Part shown: piece after piece, positions 50,387-60,353 of the stretch | Numbering within the stretch: position 1 is the stretch's first letter | How the letters are laid out: each line of letters starts with the position of its first letter | Assembly (NCBI GenBank): GCA_965238005.1 | Contig: OZ250165.1 | Coordinates: forward strand, 3,104,001 to 3,168,000 | Direction: 5' to 3' | Origin: Longimicrobiales bacterium | GTDB taxonomy: Bacteria; Gemmatimonadota; Gemmatimonadetes; Longimicrobiales; Gaopeijiaceae | DNA: 64,000 nt | Translations under genes and position numbers: made by a program | The notes under the pieces: generated by a model | The model's database searches: none | The model's input: only the letters and a program-made list of their open reading frames with translations | Told to the model about the DNA's origin: nothing

Positions 50387-50400
50387 CCGCTGAGGCTCCC

Positions 50401-50580
50401 ATGTCGATCTTCGATCCCGCGCGGATCCCGCGCGCGCGCCGACCATTGGTACTACTGATCGTCCTGAGCACCGTACCGCTCGCCGCCCAGGGGGGAGACC
50501 GTACCATCCGGGGCCTGGTGAGCAACTCCCTGGGAAAACCCGCCCCGGAGTGAGCGTAGTCGTGGAAGGGCGCACCGAGG
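50401..50580 (+). pseudogene. Carboxypeptidase-regulatory-like (TonB receptor N-terminal) stub
   Basis: Signal peptide + TIRGLVSNSLGKPA then GVSVVVEG across a frameshift. Confidence 0.5.
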
Positions 50581-50719
50581 ACGTCCAGACCGGCGCCCCG
50601 GCCAACGTGGAGGCCGTGGAGCTCCATCTGAGGGCCTCGACCGCCGCGGCCTCGCTCCTGATCTCCTGCGCCGGGGCTGACGCCCCTTCGCGTGGGCACG
50701 ATGGCAGCGCAGAGGGTCA

Positions 50720-51260
50720 CGACGGCCCCATCGCGCTCTTCGACGGGCGCGTGATTCCGGCCATGCCCCAGCTCCTGGGGATGCGGGCCCAATACGAGCT
50801 CCGCCGGCGAGGACGGGCTCACGAGCTACTCCGACTACTGGCGGCCCACGGACGACTACCGCCGGTTCTTCGAGCCGCTGCCCGCCGCCCGGAACGCCAG
50901 AGGAATCCAGGACACCCGCACCGGCTTGCGGGCCCTCTGGGAGATGTACGACCCCGAGACCATCGGGCTCAACATGGGCGGCAACCGGACTTCCTCCCGA
51001 GCCTCTACTCCCACCCCATCGGGTACCACGGGCACGCCCTGGGCCCGTCGATCAACGCCCGCAACATGGACCTGTCTTCTCCCCCGAGCCGGGAGTCCTA
51101 CCTCCGTGACGGCGCGTACCGCTCTATCGAGTTCAGCGCGACCACCGCGATTCCAGAGTATGGGGGAGGAACGGTGACGATCCCCATGGAGGCCGACGGC
51201 TACCTGACGTCCGAGGGCTACCAATACTTCCGGCCTATCAGATTGAGTGGTACGTGGTGC
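50720..51260 (+). pseudogene. M24 (Xaa-Pro) metallopeptidase fragments
   Basis: YSHPIGYHGHALGP, SIE, IPME motifs with intervening deletions. Confidence 0.6.
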
Positions 51261-51341
51261 GGTAAGGAGCGCGTAGGCGCCACGCCGCGACCGCTACGTC
51301 GCGCGCGCGACCGCCACGCCGCTCCAGCGACCGCCACCCCC

Positions 51342-51367
51342 GTCACAAATTCCCCCCCTCATGCGTT
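51342..51367 (+). promoter_or_regulatory. Putative ECF promoter GTCACA-N16-CGTT upstream of the BsuPI-like lipoprotein
   Basis: GTCACA aattccccccctcatg CGTT. Confidence 0.68.
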
Positions 51368-51476
51368 CTGTCTATTATGGGTGGTCGGCATCCGGGGAGC
51401 TCTCGAGTGCCCCCGCGACCTTCTGCGGTGCAGAAAACTGCTGGATTCAGACCAGAACGACGCAGGAGATAGTTAG

Positions 51477-51986
51477 ATGGGCATGAACGGAGATTCACTC
51501 GTGTCTCGTTGGGTGACGACAGGCGGGATGCTCCTGGCCACCGCCACCCTCGCGGCGTGCGAAGCGAGCGTGAGCGGGCTCGATCTTCGGGATCCTCTGG
51601 TCGGTGGGGTCACCTACCGCGTGACGAGCTTCGCCATTGCCGAGTCCTTCCCCGTCCAGATCGGGGTGACAGTGGAGATCGAGAACGAGTCGACCACGTC
51701 GCAGTCGGTGACCTTCCCCGACGGGTGCGTGGTGTTGATGAGGGCTTACCTCGCGGGTACTAGCGAGCCGGTGTGGGACATGAGCGGTGCCGTATTCTGC
51801 ACCCTGGCGCTGGTCCAGGTCGACCTCGCCCCCGACGAGAGCAAAGAGTTCCAGACCGGACTCGTGAGCGCTCAAACGATCCTAGGGGACAGCCTCCCGA
51901 ACGGGGAGTACCGGATCACTGCGTACCTGCGTCCCGGACAGATCGTAGAGCTCGATGCGGGAATGGCGGATCTAGCAGTTCCGTAG
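51477..51986 (+). CDS. Lipoprotein with BsuPI-like (Ig-like) domain
   Basis: Lipobox LAAC; VTFPDGC...VWD.S...CT.AL....LAPDES..F...LPNGEYRITA. Confidence 0.6.
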   Translation: MGMNGDSLVSRWVTTGGMLLATATLAACEASVSGLDLRDPLVGGVTYRVTSFAIAESFPVQIGVTVEIENESTTSQSVTFPDGCVVLMRAYLAGTSEPVWDMSGAVFCTLALVQVDLAPDESKEFQTGLVSAQTILGDSLPNGEYRITAYLRPGQIVELDAGMADLAVP

Positions 51987-52050
51987 AGAACGGCTGGACC
52001 CCAACCCCATCGCACGACGTTTCCGCGGAAGCGTGTGCCGAAGGCCGAGG

Positions 52051-52455
52051 CTAGGAAAGCGAGAGCCGCTCCACGTCCGGCACGCGGTCGAACCCCTGAT
52101 CGAAGGTGGCGATGAGCTCGACGTCGCGGTTAAGCATGACCGCCGCGTGGACCGCATCTCGGGCCGAGATACCGTCGATGTCCATCAGGAGTGTCAGAGC
52201 CCGATCGGTGTCGGCGAGGGTGACATCGAAGATCACGGGGCAGATCTGGACGAAGAGCCCATAGGCCTCGCGGGCCAGATCTCGTCGATCAATGGCCGAG
52301 TAGCGGTAGAGGAGCTCCTGAAGGGCCGCAGTACTCGTGCACCCCTCGACCTCCCCGTCCTGGACTCGTTGCAGGAAGCGGCGGGCAGGCTCTTTGTTGG
52401 GATGATCGGCCCCGGCCACGTACATGGGGATGTTGGAGTCGATAAAGACCCTCAT
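52051..52455 (-). CDS. vapC: VapC/PIN toxin
   Basis: FIDSNIPMY, LQELL, RDAVHAA, TFDQGFD. Confidence 0.88.
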   Translation of the reverse strand: MRVFIDSNIPMYVAGADHPNKEPARRFLQRVQDGEVEGCTSTAALQELLYRYSAIDRRDLAREAYGLFVQICPVIFDVTLADTDRALTLLMDIDGISARDAVHAAVMLNRDVELIATFDQGFDRVPDVERLSLS

Positions 52456-52560
52456 GACCGGCCGACGTCGATCTCGTCGAGGATTACGTCGATGTCCCCG
52501 GTTGGGCCGTTCAAGCACCCGAGTCGGCCCAGGGGATCGGCAACCGGCCCCTCAGGCCCA
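52452..52560 (-). pseudogene. Cognate antitoxin C-terminal stub
   Basis: ..LNGPTGDIDVILDEID..* overlapping the vapC ATG; N-terminus lost. Confidence 0.6.
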
Positions 52561-52578
52561 CCTTCCAAGGCGGATTCG

Positions 52579-52885
52579 ATGGCGCGGCGGACCCGCGCCA
52601 TCGCGGAGCGCGAAGGCACCACTCTGACCCGATGGATCCGGGAGGCCGTTCGGGAGAGAGCGGCCAAATACGACGTGAAGCGGAGGCTCCACACCGTGGA
52701 GGATCTGGGGGCCTTCTTCCAGGAGTGCGATGAGCTGCAAGAGGGGACCGGAGCCGCCGAGCCTGACTGGGAGGAGCATGAGCGGCTGATCCACGAGTCC
52801 CGCACCGGAGGTCTCGACGCGAAGTGATCTTCGTCGACACGAACGTCTTCGTGTACGCCGTGGGTCGGCCTCATCCCTACACCAC
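52579..52885 (+). pseudogene. Second VapBC module: RHH antitoxin (N-trimmed) + VapC N-terminal stub
   Basis: AEREGTTLTRWIREA...EPDWEEH followed by MIFVDTNVFVYAVGRPHP. Confidence 0.7.
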
Positions 52886-53013
52886 CCGGCACGCCAGACT
52901 CTCGACGCTGCTACGCTGGCCGTTTAGGCGCCCATGCCGCATTTTTGCTTCTCGCTCTTGCTGTCCGAAGGCGGCGGGCGTTCGGCGGAACAGAAATCTT
53001 CTGGAGGAGAACC

Positions 53014-54000
53014 ATGAGGACTCTGCGGACAACAACTCTTCTATCTGTGGTCGCCCTGCTGGCTCCGACAGCCGTGGTCGGCCAGTCCGGCCCGCCGGCA
53101 GAGCCACCAGCCGAGTGGGGACCCATCGGGATCAACCTGGAGAACGTCCCCTACCCCGCACCCGTCCACTTCATGGAGTTCAGCCTGTACGGGGTGGACG
53201 TGCGCATGGCCTACATGGATGTGCATCCCACTGGGGCCGCCAACGGCAAGACGGTCATGCTGATGCACGGGTCCAACTTCTTCGGCGAGTACTTCTACAA
53301 CACGATCGAAGCGTTGAGTGAGGCGGGATTCCGGGTGGTGGTGCCCGACCGGATCGGCTGGGGTAAGTCATCGAAGCCCATCATACCCTACAGCATCTCC
53401 CGGATGGCGGCCAACGCGGCCAAGCTCCTGGATCATCTGGGCGTGGAGAGTGCGGCCATCGTGGGGCACTCCATGGGTGGCGTGGTGGCCAGCCGGTTCG
53501 CCCTCAACTTCCCAGACAAGACGACCCATCTGGCCCTCGTGAACTCCATCGGCCTCACCGATCCTCGCATCGGCCGCGGGCTCGGCGACTTCGAGCGGTC
53601 GTATGAGAACACTCTGAACCGGACCTACGCGAGCATCGTCCGCGGCCAACAACGCTACTATCGCACACCCTGGAAGCCCGCCTACGAACGCTACATCCGC
53701 ATCCACTACGGCTGGCTGCTGAGCGGCGACTGGCCCCACATGGCGCGGATCCGAGCTCTCATCGGCGAGTCCAACTTCAAGGAGCCGGTGGTCTACGATT
53801 GGCAGCACATCCAGGCCAAGACCCTGGTGACCGGAGGCGCCGACGACGGGCCGAACTTCGCTGCACGGGCGAAGGCCGCCGCACAGGCGTTCCCAAACGG
53901 CAGGCTGGAGCTCATCCCGGGCATCGGGCACAACCCGCACCTGGTAGTTCCGGACAAGCTCCATGCCATCCTGATCCCATTCCTGGAGGAGACCCGTTAG
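53014..54000 (+). CDS. Exported alpha/beta hydrolase
   Basis: Signal peptide; HGSNF, GHSMGG, GHNPH. Confidence 0.9.
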   Translation: MRTLRTTTLLSVVALLAPTAVVGQSGPPAEPPAEWGPIGINLENVPYPAPVHFMEFSLYGVDVRMAYMDVHPTGAANGKTVMLMHGSNFFGEYFYNTIEALSEAGFRVVVPDRIGWGKSSKPIIPYSISRMAANAAKLLDHLGVESAAIVGHSMGGVVASRFALNFPDKTTHLALVNSIGLTDPRIGRGLGDFERSYENTLNRTYASIVRGQQRYYRTPWKPAYERYIRIHYGWLLSGDWPHMARIRALIGESNFKEPVVYDWQHIQAKTLVTGGADDGPNFAARAKAAAQAFPNGRLELIPGIGHNPHLVVPDKLHAILIPFLEETR

Positions 54001-54002
54001 AG

Positions 54003-55154
54003 ATGACCCACACACAGGCCGCCATGAGCACGGAGACCCGCTCCTTCGACCAGCTGCGACACGAGCCCCGAACGTTGCTCGGGCCGGGTCCCAGCAACAT
54101 CCATCCCCGGGTCTTCCAGGCCATGACGAGTCCCATCCTCGGGTACCTCGATCCCGACTTTCTGGTGATCATGGACGAGACCATGGCCCTCTTGCGCCAC
54201 CTCTTCCAGACCGAGAACGAGACGGCCATCACGCTTCCCGGATCGGGCATGGCCGGGATGGAGGCCTCCATCTGCAACGTCGTGGAGCCGGGCGACGAGG
54301 TCGTCGTGGGCATCCACGGGTTCTTCGGTCAGAGGATCGCCGAGATCGTGGAGCGCCACGGGGGCACCGCGATCCGGGTGGAGGTCGAGTTCGGCCAGGT
54401 GGTGGAGGCCGACCAGATCCGGGCCGCCATGGACTCGCACCCCGACGCCAAGATGGTGGCCGTGGTCCACGGCGAGACGTCGTCGGGCATGCGCCAGCCT
54501 TTGGCGGAGATCGGTCGGCTCGTGCGCGATCGGGATAAGCTCTTCCTGGTGGACGCGGTCTGCTCACTGGGTGGGGCGAACATCCCCGTGGACGACCTGC
54601 TCATCGATATCTGCTACGCCGGCGGGCAGAAGTGCATCGGGGGGCCGGCGGGCATCTCCTGCATCACGTTGAACGACCGGGCGATCGGGGTCGTCGAGTC
54701 CCGGAGCAAGCCGGTGGACACGTGGTACCTGGACCTGTTGCTGCACCGCAAGTACTGGTCCCCCGAGCGCAGATACCATCACACCGCTCCCGGACCCCAG
54801 ATATGTGCGATGCGTGAGGCGCTACGCCTGATCCACGAGGAAGGGCTCGACGAGCGCATGGCCCGTCACCAGAAGTGCGGCGGCATGCTGAAGGCGGGGC
54901 TCACGGATCTGGGGATCGAGCTGTTCGGCGATCCGGCGAACCGCCTGCCCATGCTCACGTGCGTGATGATCCCCGACGGCGCCGACGACGCCACGGTCCG
55001 GTCGCGGCTACTGCAGGACTACCGAATCGAGATCGCCGGCGGCTTCGGGCCCCTCAAGGGCAAGGGATGGCGCATCGGGCTCATGGGCTACAGCGCCAGC
55101 GAGCGGAACGTGCACTACCTGCTCGCGGCGCTGGGGGAGATCCTCGAGGCCTAA
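54003..55154 (+). CDS. Alanine-glyoxylate / serine-pyruvate aminotransferase (class V)
   Basis: LLGPGPS, HGETSSG, VDAVCSLG, GGQKC, YHHT, WRIGLMG. Confidence 0.92.
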   Translation: MTHTQAAMSTETRSFDQLRHEPRTLLGPGPSNIHPRVFQAMTSPILGYLDPDFLVIMDETMALLRHLFQTENETAITLPGSGMAGMEASICNVVEPGDEVVVGIHGFFGQRIAEIVERHGGTAIRVEVEFGQVVEADQIRAAMDSHPDAKMVAVVHGETSSGMRQPLAEIGRLVRDRDKLFLVDAVCSLGGANIPVDDLLIDICYAGGQKCIGGPAGISCITLNDRAIGVVESRSKPVDTWYLDLLLHRKYWSPERRYHHTAPGPQICAMREALRLIHEEGLDERMARHQKCGGMLKAGLTDLGIELFGDPANRLPMLTCVMIPDGADDATVRSRLLQDYRIEIAGGFGPLKGKGWRIGLMGYSASERNVHYLLAALGEILEA

Positions 55155-55265
55155 GGGGGGGCTCTACCGACGCCCTAGGAACTCCTCAGCACCGCGATCA
55201 CTTCACTCCGACCTATCGGCGCGAGCGAGCCTGAATCCCCGTGGCGAATGAACGGGACGGAATCG

Positions 55266-56066
55266 TCATCGTGCCATCAGCTCCCCAATCTGCCGCAGCG
55301 CCGCATCGACCTTCATCTGGATCCCCTGTCGGCCCTTCTCGACGGACGCCAGCGTGGGATCACCGGACACCCCCATCCCCTCGCCTCCGCCCTGGGGCGC
55401 GAGCTTGTCGGTGCGGATGTGCTGGGGCGCGACGTACAGGAGCTGTGAGGTGTCGCGAATGCCCGCGTGTCCCCCGATCGTCTCCGGAGTGTGCCCATAC
55501 TCCTCCAAGAGCCAGTCGTTGATGCCGTGGGCCGAGTAGTAGTCGCCCACGAAGTGGACCCGGGCGGCCTCGCCTGCCCACTCCTCGTTGAGCATTACGG
55601 CCACGTCGCGCATCCCGCCCTGATTCCCGCCGCTGTCGCCGATGAAAACGACGTCCGTGAAGCCGTGGACGGCCAGGCTCCGGGCCGCGTACTCCAGGAG
55701 CTTCATGAAGTGCTCGTTGGGAAGAGTGATCGTCCCGGCGTATCGCATGTGCCCGCGGATGTTCTCCACCGAGCCCTCCGGCACGTAGGTGACCACGGGG
55801 GCCACCAGCGCATTGCCGAGCTCACGGGCGATGAGGTTCGACGCGTGGTTGACGATGAACTTGTGCTTGCCTAGCACCATGTGGGGGCCGTTCTGCTCGG
55901 TCCCCGCCGTGGGCACGATGATCGTCGTCGTGCCGGCATCGATCCTCGCCCGGACCTCGGTCCAGGTGAGCTCCTCCAGGAAGACCGTGTCAGGCCCCTG
56001 CTGGGCCGAGAGGGCGGTGCCGGCGAGTAGGGGAGCGACGGCCGCTACGATGGTGCGTGGCTTCAT
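55266..56066 (-). CDS. Creatininase-family amidohydrolase with signal peptide
   Basis: LEELTW.EV, TEQNGPHM.LGKH, GDSGGN, GHAG..DTS. Confidence 0.88.
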   Translation of the reverse strand: MKPRTIVAAVAPLLAGTALSAQQGPDTVFLEELTWTEVRARIDAGTTTIIVPTAGTEQNGPHMVLGKHKFIVNHASNLIARELGNALVAPVVTYVPEGSVENIRGHMRYAGTITLPNEHFMKLLEYAARSLAVHGFTDVVFIGDSGGNQGGMRDVAVMLNEEWAGEAARVHFVGDYYSAHGINDWLLEEYGHTPETIGGHAGIRDTSQLLYVAPQHIRTDKLAPQGGGEGMGVSGDPTLASVEKGRQGIQMKVDAALRQIGELMAR

Positions 56067-56187
56067 GGGATTCTCCGGGTAATTGGGCGACTGAGGATGG
56101 GGATCGGGGGGGATTGAGTCCAGGGTCGCTGTGCCGTGCGGGGCGGTCAGGCCTACAGGTGCGCCATGCCGCCCAGGGCGGTCAGGT

Positions 56188-57510
56188 CTACGGGTTCGCG
56201 GCCAGCCACCGGGCGAACTCGGCGTGCGTCGCGCTCAGGATCTCGAGGATCGCCCCCCGATCCGCGGCCGAGAGGTGATCGAACACGTCGCTCGTGTCCC
56301 GGCCCGAGGCAACCTCCCAGAGGCGTCGGAACACCTGCTCCTTCAGCGCACCCGGGAGCGCTCCGAAGGCGTCCGAGTGGATGAGGTAGCTGAGCGGGTA
56401 CCGAAACAGCCGCCGGGTCAGGTCCATCTCCCGGAGGGAGCGTCCCTGCTCGTCCCGCGGTCCCAGGCTCTCGAAGTGGGAACGGAAGCCCGACGTCCCT
56501 TGGATCGGACCGTCCAGGGTCGCCTCATCCACGAACAGCACGGCCCGGACCAGGGGCTCGGCCAGGGCCTCGGCGAGGGTCTCGATGTCGGCCGGAGCGG
56601 TCTCGTCAGCGCTCCGAGCCTCCCAACTGGCGCGCGTCATGACGTTCTGCACGTGGATCTGATGCTCGGCCACCATGAGCGCGACGATGTCGCTGTGCTC
56701 GGTGAGATACGGCCCGGTGTCCAGGAGGCCGCTCAGGTCCGTGAGGTTGCCGTTTGAAGGCGCCCGGCCCGGTGCAGCATCGGCAGGCACGCCCAGGACG
56801 ATGTTGCCCATGTGGGTCTGGTCACCGTGGGTGCCCGTCACGTACCAACCGCCCCATCGCTCATCGAGCGGGGTCTGGTCGGTCGTCAGCCGCCAGGTGC
56901 CGTGCGTGGCCGGCCGGCCGATCTCGTTGGTCGGCCCCGAGCCGATGAGGAATCGCGGCACCCCACCCCCGGCGAGACCATAGGTGTCGTGGCACTGGAG
57001 ACAGAGGCCTTTCGCCCGCTTGAAGTCGGGCTGATCTCCCCGCTTCTGTCCGAGTGTGTAGAACACCGGCCCCAGGTTCGGATCCATGGCCGCAATCTCC
57101 AAGAACTGACTGCCCCGCAGCCAGGCCACGTAGACGTCGTCCGAGAAATACAGGGCCCGCGGTGTCTCCGGGGAGATGAAGCGCACCTGAAAGCTGGTCT
57201 TCGAAAAGACGAGCCTCTGCGACTCCACGGGGATGTGGAGGGATTCCAGGAGCGACGCGAGGTATCCGCCTTTGGCGTCGAAGGTCAGCTCGGCGTCGGC
57301 GCGGGCGATGGCCCGTTGCAGCTCTGCGACGCGGTCGGTGGGGGGGTGGCTGGAGTAGCCGACGGCGGGATATTCCCGGTCGTAGCGGAGCTGCTGGGCG
57401 GCGAGCAGGGGCACTGGCAGGAGCAGTGCTGGCGCCGAGAGGAGCAGGACGAGCGCAGCGGCCGGCAGAAGCTGGATGAACGGTACGAGGAGTGATGCGG
57501 GCCGAGACAT
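56188..57510 (-). CDS. Exported mono-heme cytochrome c-like hypothetical protein
   Basis: Signal peptide; CLQCH; LVFSKTSFQ, ERWGGWYVTG, FRYPLSYLIHS. Confidence 0.75.
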   Translation of the reverse strand: MSRPASLLVPFIQLLPAAALVLLLSAPALLLPVPLLAAQQLRYDREYPAVGYSSHPPTDRVAELQRAIARADAELTFDAKGGYLASLLESLHIPVESQRLVFSKTSFQVRFISPETPRALYFSDDVYVAWLRGSQFLEIAAMDPNLGPVFYTLGQKRGDQPDFKRAKGLCLQCHDTYGLAGGGVPRFLIGSGPTNEIGRPATHGTWRLTTDQTPLDERWGGWYVTGTHGDQTHMGNIVLGVPADAAPGRAPSNGNLTDLSGLLDTGPYLTEHSDIVALMVAEHQIHVQNVMTRASWEARSADETAPADIETLAEALAEPLVRAVLFVDEATLDGPIQGTSGFRSHFESLGPRDEQGRSLREMDLTRRLFRYPLSYLIHSDAFGALPGALKEQVFRRLWEVASGRDTSDVFDHLSAADRGAILEILSATHAEFARWLAANP

Positions 57511-57618
57511 GGCCGCAAGATGCGGCTAGCCTCCGCGCGAACACAAGCGTCTCACCGCTTCAAGCCACAAACAGAACCCCAGCACGCACGATCCGCCGAC
57601 GGGAACCGCCGCCGGGGG

Positions 57619-58926
57619 TTACCGCGGAGGCGCCACGTCCCCGGTCATAGGCTCCAAACGCACGACGTCCGTCAGGGGCTCTCCCCGCTCGCCCTCGATG
57701 GCCAGGTAGACGAAGCCGTCCGGGCCAGCCCGCACGTCCCGGATCCGCCCAAGGACCCCACCGAGCAGTGTCTCTTCACTCATCGCGATGCCATCGGAAA
57801 GGGAGACCCGGGCGACCCGCTCTCCCACCAGGCCGCCCACGAACGCGCTGCCCCGCCACCACGGGAACTGGTCACCGGCGTAGAACATCAGGCCCGAGGT
57901 GCCGATGGAGGGAACCCAGGTAAACCGGGGCGACTCCATCCCCTCCCGCTCCGTTTCCGTCGTGATGACCCGGCCGTCGTAGTGGATTCCGTAGGAGACC
58001 ACGGGCCAGCCGTAGTTCCGTCCGCGCACGATGAGGTTCAGCTCATCGCCCCCCCTGGGACCATGCTCGTTAGACCAGACCTCTCCCGTCTCCGGGTGCA
58101 CGGTGAGCCCCTGCAGGTTGCGGTGCCCGTAGCTCCAGATCTCGGGAAGGACGTCGTCCTGGCCGACGAAGGGGTTGTCCCATGGGACCCGGCCGTCGTC
58201 GTGGAGACGGACGATGGTACCCATGTGGTTCATGAGGTCCTGCGCCGGATGGTCGCCCAGCAGGTCGGGATCGACCATCCGATCGCCCACCGTCAGGAAG
58301 AGGTAGCCATCGTGGTCGAAGGCCATCCGCCCGGAGAAGTGGTTGTTGTTGTCGCCCCAGGCGTTCGACTCGAAGATCTCCTCCACGTCTTCCACGTGAT
58401 CGCCCTCGAGGCGTCCCCGTACGACGGTGGTCGTACCCATTGAGCCGTCCTCGTTGGGCTTTCCGTAGCTCAGGTAGATCAGCCTGTTCGTGGCGAAGTC
58501 CGGATGCGGCACCACGTCCATGAACCCTCCCTGCCCCCGCTCGCGATAGACCGCGGGCCAGCCCGTGATGGGGTCCGGATCGAGCACGCCGTCCCTGATG
58601 ATCCTCAAGCGGCCGGGTCGCTCCGTGATGAGCATCTCACCGCCGGGCAGCCAGGCCATGGACCACGGGTGATCAAGGTCCTCGGCCACGGTCACGAGGT
58701 GGAAGTTGTGGCGCGCGGTCACGTGCACCTCGGCCTCGCCGTTCAGCCCCGATTGGGCGTCGGGGGACTGGGCGACGAGTGGACTTCCGGGGACAAGGAG
58801 GCCGACGCCCGTGAGGCCGAGAATACCTCCGACCAAAGCAACGCGGCGGATGCCCCCGGTCAGGCTATGGCGGCGGCGGACGCGTCCAACAACGCTATAG
58901 CGACGGCGGACGCGGGGAAGTCGCAT
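57619..58926 (-). CDS. PQQ-dependent sugar (aldose) dehydrogenase, YliI/GSDH family
   Basis: HPWSMAWLP, YGHRNLQG, EHGPRGGDELN, GRIRDV; start uncertain. Confidence 0.92.
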   Translation of the reverse strand: MRLPRVRRRYSVVGRVRRRHSLTGGIRRVALVGGILGLTGVGLLVPGSPLVAQSPDAQSGLNGEAEVHVTARHNFHLVTVAEDLDHPWSMAWLPGGEMLITERPGRLRIIRDGVLDPDPITGWPAVYRERGQGGFMDVVPHPDFATNRLIYLSYGKPNEDGSMGTTTVVRGRLEGDHVEDVEEIFESNAWGDNNNHFSGRMAFDHDGYLFLTVGDRMVDPDLLGDHPAQDLMNHMGTIVRLHDDGRVPWDNPFVGQDDVLPEIWSYGHRNLQGLTVHPETGEVWSNEHGPRGGDELNLIVRGRNYGWPVVSYGIHYDGRVITTETEREGMESPRFTWVPSIGTSGLMFYAGDQFPWWRGSAFVGGLVGERVARVSLSDGIAMSEETLLGGVLGRIRDVRAGPDGFVYLAIEGERGEPLTDVVRLEPMTGDVAPPR

Positions 58927-59078
58927 GATCCCTGTCCTCCCAGCTCGAATTGGTTCTCTGGCGAGTCGTGATTCCGGCGCGCCTCAGCATGCGGCTCCCT
59001 GTCGTGAAGAGCAAGGAAGGCACAGACGGAGCACTGAACCGCAGTGACGGCCACTAGCCACCAAGCCACTCGCCCACC

Positions 59079-60353
59079 TCAGTACCCCAGCAGGTTCGGC
59101 AGGAACAGCACCACCCCCGGCACGAACGCGATGACCACCGTGAGCGCCAGCATCAGCGCCAGGTAGGGCCAGAGCGGGCGCGCGACCTCTGCCGGCTCCA
59201 CCCCTCCCACCGAGCAGGCCACCAGCAGGCTCACGCCCACCGGCGGCAGGAACACCGAGATCCCCTGGGTCGCCACGATGACGGTCCCGTAGTGCACCGG
59301 GTCGATCCCGAGCTGCCTCGCCAGGGGCAGCAGGATCGGCGTCAGCATGACGACCGCCGGTACGCCCTCCAGGATGGCGCCGAGGGGGAGGAAGATGAGG
59401 ATGGTGAGGATCATGAAGCCCGCTTGGCCGCCTCCCAATCCCACCATGGAGGACGCCAGCGCCTGCGGCACCTGCATGACGGCCAGCACCCACCCCAGGA
59501 GGTGTGCAGCGCCCACCACGAACAGGACCATACCCGACACCATGGCGGTCTGGACGACCTTGCTCCACAGCTCCCCCGCCGGGAGGGCTCTGTACACCGG
59601 GCCGGCCAGGAGCAGTGCGTAGGCAACGGCGACTGCCGCGGCTTCGGTGGGTGTGAACAAGCCGAACCGGATGCCTCCCAGGATGACGACGATCATGAAG
59701 AGGGGGAGCAGGGCCTCCAGGGCCGCATCCCGGACCTCCGCAAAGGATGCGCGCTCGCCCGCCGGCCATCCTTCCCGCCGGGCCTGCCACCCGATCTGTG
59801 TCATCAAGCCCACGGCGATCAGGAGCGCCGGCGTAATAGAGGCCACGAACAGCGCGCCCACGGAGACGTTGCCAATAACCCCGTATACGACCATGACGAT
59901 GGCGGGCGGAATGAGAATCCCCATTCCGCACGCGGCCGAGACGATAGCAGTCGAGCGCGCCCGGCCGTAGCCGTTGGCAGTGAGCTGCGGCACCATGATC
60001 CCCCCGATGGCCGCCGCGTCCGCCGACGTAGAGCCCGACACACCCGAGAAGAAGATCTCGGCCATGATGACCACCTGCCCAAGCCCTCCGGGAAGATGTC
60101 CCACCAACGAGCGCGCCAGCGTCACCAGGCGGCGGCTGATCCCCCCCACGTCCATGAGGAAGCCCGCCAGGATGAAGAGCGGTACGGCGAGCATGGGGAA
60201 GGAATCCATCCCTGCCACGATCTGTTGTGGGATGATGACGAGGGGCAGGTCCGCCACCACGACGGCGACGCTGGCAGCGGTCGCCAGGGCGAAGCCGATG
60301 GGCACGGCGGCCAGCACCAGCGCTCCGAAGGTGCCGAGGAGGAGGCCTCCCAC
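59079..60353 (-). CDS. dctM: TRAP transporter large permease
   Basis: SFPMLAVPLFILAG, SGSTSAD, GILIPP, FTPTEAAA, GIDPVHYG; GTG overlapping the dctQ stop. Confidence 0.92.
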   Translation of the reverse strand: MGGLLLGTFGALVLAAVPIGFALATAASVAVVVADLPLVIIPQQIVAGMDSFPMLAVPLFILAGFLMDVGGISRRLVTLARSLVGHLPGGLGQVVIMAEIFFSGVSGSTSADAAAIGGIMVPQLTANGYGRARSTAIVSAACGMGILIPPAIVMVVYGVIGNVSVGALFVASITPALLIAVGLMTQIGWQARREGWPAGERASFAEVRDAALEALLPLFMIVVILGGIRFGLFTPTEAAAVAVAYALLLAGPVYRALPAGELWSKVVQTAMVSGMVLFVVGAAHLLGWVLAVMQVPQALASSMVGLGGGQAGFMILTILIFLPLGAILEGVPAVVMLTPILLPLARQLGIDPVHYGTVIVATQGISVFLPPVGVSLLVACSVGGVEPAEVARPLWPYLALMLALTVVIAFVPGVVLFLPNLLGY

